From the NCBI GenBank assembly GCA_035285125.1, contig JAYKHR010000068.1, positions 1 through 21,132 on the forward strand: 21,132 bases of DNA, given 5' to 3'. Numbering within the stretch: the stretch's first letter is position 1; each line of letters begins with the position of its first letter. Positions 14,644 to 21,132 of the stretch are shown here, one piece after another. The notes below the pieces were generated by a model that was not told the DNA's origin, searched no databases, and saw nothing but the letters and a program-made list of their open reading frames with translations. The stretch comes from Candidatus Sericytochromatia bacterium (GTDB lineage: Bacteria; Cyanobacteriota; Sericytochromatia; S15B-MN24; JAQBPE01). The translations under genes and the position numbers were made by a program.

Positions 14644-16272
14644 ATGTCCCACGCGTCTTCCCGCCCCCGTCGCCCGCTCTTCGCCACGTCCCTGGCGCTG
14701 GCTGCGGCCGTCACGCTCGGGTGCGAGTCCGAAATCAACCTCGTGGGCTCCCCCGCGCGGCCGCTGGTGGGCGAGGCCGGGGCCGTGCGGGCCATCCTGG
14801 CGCCGGGCGCCGCCGGCACCGTCGTGACGATCGACGACCCGAGCGGGCTGCCTGCCTTCATCCGCGAGGCACGGGACCTCAAGGTCGCGGTGGGTGGTCA
14901 GACGGCGATCGTGGCGCGTCCATCCGCCGGGCACTACACCTTCACCTTGCCTGCCAACACGCGCCTCGATCCCGACGTGACGGGGCACCTGAAGGTGCTG
15001 TTTGTCGCCAACGAGCGCGACAGCCAGCTCATCACCCTCCACACGGGCAACCCGCTGCAGTTCGGCAGCCCGCTCGTGACGACGGAGCCGTCGCCCGCCT
15101 TCCTGGTGCGCGGCATGAAGGTCCGGCTGGTCGCGAACACGCCGATCTCCACCGACCGCTACGAGCTCTCCTGGTCTGCCTCCACCACGGGCCTGGCCCC
15201 CTGGCAGCCCATCCCCGGTGATGGTCGCACCGCGAGCTGGACGCCCGCGCAGGCCGGCAACTACTTCATCCGGATCGAGGCCGTCGACCGCCAGACGCGC
15301 CAGGCCCACAGCGTCACCACGCCCTCGGCCGTGGTCTTCGTGGCCGAGCGTCGGGGCATCGTCACGACCACGCCAGCCAGCGGGGCCGTGTCGCGGGGCC
15401 AGGTCGTGCGGCTGGCCTTCCAGGCGCCGCAGGGCTTCGAGGGGGACCTCGAGCGCGTCACCTGGAGCTATGCAGCCTCGCCGCAGGGCCCCTGGACGGC
15501 CATCACGGGCGCTGGCTCCGTCCTCGAGTGGATGCCGACGGCCCTTGGTGCGTGGTACCTGAAGGCCGAGGCCGTGGTCGTGGAGACGGGCGAGGTGGCG
15601 AGCTTTGTCTCACCGGAGGCGGCGGTCTTCGTCTCGGAGCCCACGGGCATCATCGCGGCGTCGCCGTCGGCCGTGGAGCGCGGCGATCGCGTGGGCGTCA
15701 GCCTCAACGCGGCCGTGGCGCCTGGCCAGGCCGTGGCCTGGTTCTACAGCCGGACGGGAGGCTCGGCCCTGGGCACCGCCTGGACGCCGATGCTGGGCAG
15801 CACGGCCGACAACGACCTCGTCGTGAACGAGGCCGGCACCTACAGCTTCCGGGCCGACCTCGCCGGGCCGGGGGGGGCCGTGAGGACCTTCACGACGAAC
15901 GAGCCCATCGTCACCGTGACGGAGGGCAACACCCCGCTCATCACCACGGACCCGCCCAACAACGTGATTGCCCGGGGCAGCTCCGTCCTGCTCCGCCTCA
16001 ACGCCCGGGGCGTGGATGAGGATCGCTTCAGCTACCTGTGGTACTACACCGCGAACCCGGTGGCGGGTTGGACCGCCCTGACGCAGGACTCGGCGCTCGA
16101 CGCGCGGCGGAAATCCTACCTGTGGGAAACAGAGCGGAACGTGTTCGGCAGCCTGGTCCAGGTCCCGGCAGGCTCCTACTTCATCCGGGTGGACGCCACG
16201 GAGCTCGTCGCGCTCCGTCGGACCTACACCTTCACCTCCACCTCGCCGGTCGTCACGATCGAGAACCCGTAA
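14644..16272 (+). CDS. Predicted lipoprotein with four ~95-aa beta-sandwich (Ig/PKD-like) repeats (542 aa)
   Basis: Signal peptide with lipobox TLG-C; four repeats of RG..V.L...W.....W.......AG.Y..(R/K)...V.(V/I).E. Confidence 0.8.
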   Translation: MSHASSRPRRPLFATSLALAAAVTLGCESEINLVGSPARPLVGEAGAVRAILAPGAAGTVVTIDDPSGLPAFIREARDLKVAVGGQTAIVARPSAGHYTFTLPANTRLDPDVTGHLKVLFVANERDSQLITLHTGNPLQFGSPLVTTEPSPAFLVRGMKVRLVANTPISTDRYELSWSASTTGLAPWQPIPGDGRTASWTPAQAGNYFIRIEAVDRQTRQAHSVTTPSAVVFVAERRGIVTTTPASGAVSRGQVVRLAFQAPQGFEGDLERVTWSYAASPQGPWTAITGAGSVLEWMPTALGAWYLKAEAVVVETGEVASFVSPEAAVFVSEPTGIIAASPSAVERGDRVGVSLNAAVAPGQAVAWFYSRTGGSALGTAWTPMLGSTADNDLVVNEAGTYSFRADLAGPGGAVRTFTTNEPIVTVTEGNTPLITTDPPNNVIARGSSVLLRLNARGVDEDRFSYLWYYTANPVAGWTALTQDSALDARRKSYLWETERNVFGSLVQVPAGSYFIRVDATELVALRRTYTFTSTSPVVTIENP

Positions 16273-16290
16273 CCCCAGGAGCCCTTGCCG

Positions 16291-17343
16291 ATGCCATCCG
16301 TGCTGAACTTGCTCGCCGCCACCGCGCTGCTCGCCGCCCCGGCGGCGGCCACGCCTGCGCTGCCTGCCGTCGCCCAGGGCACGGTGGTCGATGCCTCCAC
16401 CGGGGCGCCCCTGCCCGGCGTGCTGGTGCAGCAGGAGGGGGCGGTCTCTTCGGCCTTCACCCAGGCGGACGGCACCTTCCGGCTCCTGACGGAGCGGGCC
16501 GCCGGTCCTTGCCTCGTGGTGAGCGCCATCGGCTTCGAGCCCGCCCACGTGCCCCTGAAGGCCGGGCAGCCCCCGATCCGCGTGGCGCTGGAGCCGATCT
16601 CGGGCTTCTTGCCGGCCTCGCCGATGCTGCCTGCGGACCAGCTCGGGCAGGGGCCGGCCGACTCCGCCCCGCTCAACACGGGCATGGTCTTCGCCTACAG
16701 GCTGCGCAACCAGGTGATGCAAGCAGGCGGTGCGCGACTGGACGGCTGGGCCAACAACGACTGGCGGCTGGGCCTGCGCCTGCGCCTGCGGCCCTTGATG
16801 CTCGAGGCGGAGGGCTCCCACCACGAGACGCCCGTCGACCTGGCCGGCCTGTCCCGCCAGGCCAACCCGGCCTTCCGGCCGAGCACGTGGCAGGCTGGTG
16901 CGCGCGTCGGCTTGCTGACGCCGGTCCTGCACCCCGACCTGGAGTTCGTGGGGGCGATGGGGTATCGCTGGACCAACACCGTGCCCAACAATGGCGATGT
17001 GCCCTTCACGGGCTCCGACCTCGACTGGGAGCAGACGCGGCAGGCCTTCGGCCCTGTCGGCACCCTGGCCTGGCGCCCGGGCCGCGGGCGCTTCCACGCC
17101 GAGGCCAGCTACGGCTGGTACCCTTGGCTGCTCACGGCGGCCAAGGCCCCGGGGCGGGCGTTTGCGACCAGCCTCCTGACAGACTTCCGCGGCGTGGTGG
17201 GCTTCGAGCTCGTGCCCGGCGCCCGGCTCGGGCTCGGCTACCAGGTGGACCACTGGCAGGGTGGGGGCGATGACCTGGCCCGGATGTGGTCGGTGCAGCT
17301 CCACTACACGCCGGGTGGCACGCCGCGAGGGCTCGAGCCGTGA
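16291..17343 (+). CDS. Secreted protein: carboxypeptidase-regulatory-like domain plus probable outer-membrane beta-barrel (350 aa)
   Basis: Signal peptide; GTVVDASTGAPLPGVLV...TQADGTFRL...SAIGF; alternating amphipathic strands ending WSVQLHY; AGGAG RBS. Confidence 0.78.
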   Translation: MPSVLNLLAATALLAAPAAATPALPAVAQGTVVDASTGAPLPGVLVQQEGAVSSAFTQADGTFRLLTERAAGPCLVVSAIGFEPAHVPLKAGQPPIRVALEPISGFLPASPMLPADQLGQGPADSAPLNTGMVFAYRLRNQVMQAGGARLDGWANNDWRLGLRLRLRPLMLEAEGSHHETPVDLAGLSRQANPAFRPSTWQAGARVGLLTPVLHPDLEFVGAMGYRWTNTVPNNGDVPFTGSDLDWEQTRQAFGPVGTLAWRPGRGRFHAEASYGWYPWLLTAAKAPGRAFATSLLTDFRGVVGFELVPGARLGLGYQVDHWQGGGDDLARMWSVQLHYTPGGTPRGLEP

Positions 17344-18695
17344 GGCGCGGGGTTGCGCTTTCGCTCGCCGCGGTCGCCGCGCTCGCCGCTGTGACGCCTG
17401 CCTGGGCTCAACAGGTCGAGCCCTTGGGCCTTGGCGAGGCTGTCCTGCTGGCCCGCACGAACAGCCTCGCGGCCCAGGTCAGCCGGCAGACCGTCTCCGT
17501 GACCGAGGCGGAGCGGGCCGCCACCATCTCCAACACCATGCCCAACCTGGCGCTCTCGTCGAGCGCCAACTACCAGGAGCTGCCCGGGGCCTCGGCGGGG
17601 GCGTTCTCCGGGGGCGGCTTCGGCAACCTCGTCGGCTTCCCGGCCACGGGGGCGTACGTCGACACCACCGTGAGCGCCAGCCAGGTGATCTTCGACGCCT
17701 TCGCGACGCGTGACCAGCTGGCGATCCTCGACGCGAACCTGCGCATCGGCCAGCTTGGCGCGGCGCAGGCCGAGCAGGACGCCATGGTCCAGGCGGCGGT
17801 GGCTTACTTCGACGTGCTGCGCGCCGAGGGGCTCGCCCGGGTGGCCCTCGAGGGCCTCAAGTCGGCGCAAGAGCAGCTGCGGCTCGGCGAGCTGCGCTTC
17901 AAGGCCGGCATGGGGACGCGGCCAGAGGTGCTGCAGCAGCGGGCCAGGCTTGCCAACGCCATGGGGCAGCTCACGCAGGCCCGCAACGGCATCAACCTCG
18001 CCCGGCTGACGCTCTCCAACGCGCTGAACGCCCCCGTGGGCGATCGGCCCCTGGTGGCCCAGGCGGCCGTGCCCGCCGTCGCCCTGAACCTCGGCAAGGA
18101 CCTGCAGGCCGCCCTGGCCCGCCGCCCGGAGATCCAGCAGGTGGCCCTGCGGCAGCAGGCCGACGAGACGCGGGTGGCGCTCGAGAGCCGGGCGCTCTGG
18201 CCGACGCTGCAGGCCAACGGCCGGTACGCCCAGCGCAACCTGAGCGAGGGGCAGTTCCAGGCCGGCGTCACCGTCAACTGGGCCCTCTTCGACAGCTTCC
18301 GCGCCCGCAACCGCATGGCCTCGGCGTTCGAGCAGGCGCGCGTGACGCGGCTGCAGCTGGAGCAGACCCGGCAGCGCGTGGCGCTTGAGATCCGGCAGCA
18401 GGTGCAGGCCCGGCAGGAGGCGCAGCAGCGCCTCACGGCGGCCCGCGAGGGCCTGGCTGCCTCTCAGGAGGCCTACAGGCTGGCGCTGCGGCGCTACGAG
18501 GTGGGCGTGGCGACGGCCTTCGAGGTCGCGGACGTGCAGGCCACCCATGCGCAGTCACACCAGAACTTCGTCCAGGCGGAGAACGACCTCCGCGTCGCGG
18601 AGATCCGCCTGGCCCGGGCTTTGGGGCTGGATCTGGCGCCGATGTTGGCGCGCGGGGCTCAGGGGGCGAAGCAGGCGGCGCCGCCCCGGTCCTGA
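17340..18695 (+). CDS. TolC-family outer-membrane efflux protein (451 aa)
   Basis: GTGA overlap with the previous stop; signal peptide; duplicated OEP motifs AYFDVLRA, RFKAGMGT and RYEVGVATAFEVADVQ. Confidence 0.9.
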   Translation: MRRGVALSLAAVAALAAVTPAWAQQVEPLGLGEAVLLARTNSLAAQVSRQTVSVTEAERAATISNTMPNLALSSSANYQELPGASAGAFSGGGFGNLVGFPATGAYVDTTVSASQVIFDAFATRDQLAILDANLRIGQLGAAQAEQDAMVQAAVAYFDVLRAEGLARVALEGLKSAQEQLRLGELRFKAGMGTRPEVLQQRARLANAMGQLTQARNGINLARLTLSNALNAPVGDRPLVAQAAVPAVALNLGKDLQAALARRPEIQQVALRQQADETRVALESRALWPTLQANGRYAQRNLSEGQFQAGVTVNWALFDSFRARNRMASAFEQARVTRLQLEQTRQRVALEIRQQVQARQEAQQRLTAAREGLAASQEAYRLALRRYEVGVATAFEVADVQATHAQSHQNFVQAENDLRVAEIRLARALGLDLAPMLARGAQGAKQAAPPRS

Positions 18696-18715
18696 GCCCG
18701 TCAGACGTCCTCGAC

Positions 18716-18820
18716 GTCCGACAGGCTCGGTTTCAGGGCCGTGTCCGACACGTCAGCCTCAGGGCTGCATCTGCCACGCTAGCCTGAGGGCAGCGTCCGC
18801 CATGTCAGTCTCAGGGCTGT
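18716..18820. repeat. Four degenerate tandem 26-27-bp units between convergent genes
   Basis: Units start at 18716, 18743, 18769 and 18795; approximate consensus GTCCGMCAYGTCAGYCTCAGGGCTGY. Confidence 0.8.
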
Positions 18821-18832
18821 GTTGCCGTGGGC

Positions 18833-21130
18833 CTACTCGTCATCCTCTGACGCCGCTGGCGCTGGCGTCGCAGCCGGCGTGACGGCCTCGAACTTGATGC
18901 TCGGGACCACCTTGCGGATGCGGTGGTTGTCGCGGTCCGCCACGTAGATCTGGCCGTCTTTGTCCAGCGTGACCCCTGCCGGCCCGGAGAACATGGCCTT
19001 GTCGCCGGGCCCGTCCGCGAAGGCCGTCTCCTGGACCGTGCCGGGAGCAGGGGCCGGGCGGTTCGAGCCCGCGATGGTGAAGGCGCGACCCGTGCCGAGC
19101 GCCACCTTGCGCACGGAGTGGCCAGCCTCCTCTGTCACGATGAGGTCCCCGTCCGGGTTCATCACGAGGCCCATCGGGCGGTTGAAGCGTGCTTGCTCGT
19201 CGGCTGGGCCGGTGGCCGGGCCGTCCTGGGTGCCTGACATCGTGGTGGCGCCCACGAGGGTGGCCACCTGACCGTCCGGGGAGATGCGGCGGATGGCGTT
19301 GTTGTCGCTGTCCGCCACGTAGAGCCAGCCCGCCGCGTCCAAGGCGAGCCCGTGGGGGTGCCGGAACATGGCCTCGGCCGCCGGGCCGTCCTTGAGTCCC
19401 GCGCCGGCAGCGCCGGCCACGGTCGTCACGGGGTAGCTGGCGTCCCGCAGGTTGATCTTGCGGATCCGGTCGTTGCCCGCGTCCGCGACGAACAGCGTGC
19501 CGCCGTCCTTGCTCAGCGCCAGCCCGCGGGGCAGGTTGAAGCGGGCGTTTGCACCAGGCCCGTCGTCGGTGCCCGTGGCGTCCTCGGAGCCCGCGATGGT
19601 CACGGGCACGCCGCCGCGAGTGATCCGGACGATCCGCGAGCTGGTCACGGCATAGAGCGTGTCGCGGCCGGACGCCACGAGCGCTGAGAGCGCTGGCAGG
19701 TTCGGCGGGACCCCCTTGGGGTCCAGGAAGGTCGTGACGTTGCCGGCCGCGTCGATGCGCCGGATGTGCCCGTTCTGGTTGTCGCCGATGAACATCGTGC
19801 CAGCCACGTCAACGGTCATGCCCCACGGCATGGCGAACTTCGCCGTGGCCGCGTCGCCGTCGTCCGAGCCCATGGTGGAGCCGAGCCACGTCGAGACCAG
19901 GACGGCGTTGGTGCCCGGCGGCGGGTACTGGACGCGGCCCTGGCGCTCGGAGAGGACCATCGCCCCCCCCCGCAGCTGCACCACCACGCCCGACTTCGGC
20001 GTCCAGTTCAGCACGCCGTTCTCGAAGGTCTGGCGCCGCACCGGCCCGGTGTAGAGGGTGTCGCCGACCTTGAGGGCCTCGTCGAGCTCGGCCTCCTCGT
20101 CCAGCGGGGCGCCCAGCGTCCAGTACTGGGCGGCGGAGAGCCAGTGGTCGTAGAAGTCGTTGCGGATGAGCTTGGGGCCCTGCGGCCCGTACACCACGGC
20201 GCAGTGGCCCTGGGTCTCGGACCCGCCGTAGAACCACTGGACGGGCAGGCCGTTCCAAATTTGGACGGCCGTGCCCTGCCCCAGGTCGCGGGCGGGACCC
20301 AGGCGCCGACCACCCACGTAGCCGGTGAACTTCGCCACCAGCGACGGCATGTCGACGGCCAGCTTGGCCTCGGGGCGCTTCTCCTCCTCGAACTCGGTGA
20401 GGCCGGCCTCCAGGCGGCCGCCCTCGCTGGCCGCCTTGGCGAGCTCCGCTTGGGCCGTCTGCAGCACCTGGGAGGTCGAGGACGCCAGCGAGGGGGCCTT
20501 CGCGACGATCTGCTCGAAGGTTTGCGAGGCCTTGGTCTGGTTCGACAGGTCGATGCGGACGCCGCCCGCCCGCAAGACCTGGTCGACGTCGGTGGCCAGC
20601 TTGCGGTAGGTCCCGAGCGGCAGCACCTGCAGGGCGTTGATCTGGTCCTTGAGCTGCACGCGCAGGTGCTCCGTGACGATGGTGGTGGTCGGCGTCACCT
20701 CGAGCTCGTCTCGCGACTCGGCGTTGCCGAGGCCCGTCAGGATGAAGCCGTCGAGCTGGACCTCGACGGCCCAGTTGCTGCCAGGGGGCACGTTCTCGAA
20801 CCGGAAGCGGCCCTGCGCGTCGGTCTCCACGGGGGCGACGCCCTTGACGCGGCGCCGGGCGCTGTCGAGCAGCACGGCTCGGCGCTTCGCCACGGGCAGC
20901 AACTCCTCGGCCTGCAGGCTGTAGTAGACCGGACCCGTGCCGAAGAGGCGGTAGCCGCCGGTGTTCGAGCTGATGATGCCGCCGGTGTTCGAGCTGATGA
21001 TGCCTGCCGTGTTCGAGCTGATGATGCCGCCGCCGTTGGTGGCAAGGAGGCTGGCGGGGCTCTTTGCCACCCCGGCGAGGGTGCCCTCGAAGCGCGGCGG
21101 CACGGCGGTGGTCGACCGGGTGCCCGCGGC
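18833..21130 (-). CDS. Multidomain surface protein (5'-truncated): IISSNTxG repeats, carboxypeptidase-regulatory-like domain, LGFP-like segment, NHL beta-propeller
   Basis: Frame is open to the window end. NHL repeats (DGPGANARFNLPRGLA, YVADSDNNAIRRI), TDAQGRFRFENVPPG, and LGAPLDEE...QTFENGVLNWTP. Confidence 0.88.
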   Translation of the reverse strand, partial: AAGTRSTTAVPPRFEGTLAGVAKSPASLLATNGGGIISSNTAGIISSNTGGIISSNTGGYRLFGTGPVYYSLQAEELLPVAKRRAVLLDSARRRVKGVAPVETDAQGRFRFENVPPGSNWAVEVQLDGFILTGLGNAESRDELEVTPTTTIVTEHLRVQLKDQINALQVLPLGTYRKLATDVDQVLRAGGVRIDLSNQTKASQTFEQIVAKAPSLASSTSQVLQTAQAELAKAASEGGRLEAGLTEFEEEKRPEAKLAVDMPSLVAKFTGYVGGRRLGPARDLGQGTAVQIWNGLPVQWFYGGSETQGHCAVVYGPQGPKLIRNDFYDHWLSAAQYWTLGAPLDEEAELDEALKVGDTLYTGPVRRQTFENGVLNWTPKSGVVVQLRGGAMVLSERQGRVQYPPPGTNAVLVSTWLGSTMGSDDGDAATAKFAMPWGMTVDVAGTMFIGDNQNGHIRRIDAAGNVTTFLDPKGVPPNLPALSALVASGRDTLYAVTSSRIVRITRGGVPVTIAGSEDATGTDDGPGANARFNLPRGLALSKDGGTLFVADAGNDRIRKINLRDASYPVTTVAGAAGAGLKDGPAAEAMFRHPHGLALDAAGWLYVADSDNNAIRRISPDGQVATLVGATTMSGTQDGPATGPADEQARFNRPMGLVMNPDGDLIVTEEAGHSVRKVALGTGRAFTIAGSNRPAPAPGTVQETAFADGPGDKAMFSGPAGVTLDKDGQIYVADRDNHRIRKVVPSIKFEAVTPAATPAPAASEDDE
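20954..21025. repeat. 3 x 24-bp coding repeat (IISSNT[A/G]G)
   Basis: GCCGCCGGTGTTCGAGCTGATGAT twice, plus one variant copy. Confidence 0.92.
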
Positions 21131-21132
21131 GC

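Noticed and set aside
18716..18820. Possible CRISPR array
   Set aside because: Units are directly adjacent and degenerate, with no unique spacers and no cas genes.

Overview
High-GC bacterial chromosomal segment with about 18 credible CDS. I recognise no rRNA, tRNA, integrase, transposase, reverse transcriptase or CRISPR array. From left to right: a partial coiled-coil protein; rfbD; a Bax inhibitor-1/YccA protein; a hypothetical; a double zf-TFIIB protein; a hypothetical; an AAA_28/NadR-like kinase; a SAM methyltransferase; a minus-strand operon (YqhH-like SNF2 helicase, an unlisted 38-aa ORF, a Cys-rich YqhG-like protein, a 94-aa protein); a Pro/Gly-rich protein; an MFS transporter; MarR divergent from a three-gene envelope operon (Ig-repeat lipoprotein, beta-barrel protein, TolC-family protein); and a partial NHL-repeat surface protein. 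The strongest unexplained signal is non-coding. At 6615-6797 a motif (TGCAAC-N5-TGCAACCCC-N19-GTGAGCG) recurs with identical spacing at 4747-4792. It is followed by a 5' hairpin, an irregular array of CCAACT/CCCAACT units and a perfect 19-bp inverted repeat, which looks like an undescribed regulated small RNA. The tandem IISSNTxG motif recalls proteins of Ca. Sericytochromatia, but that is an unverified impression.
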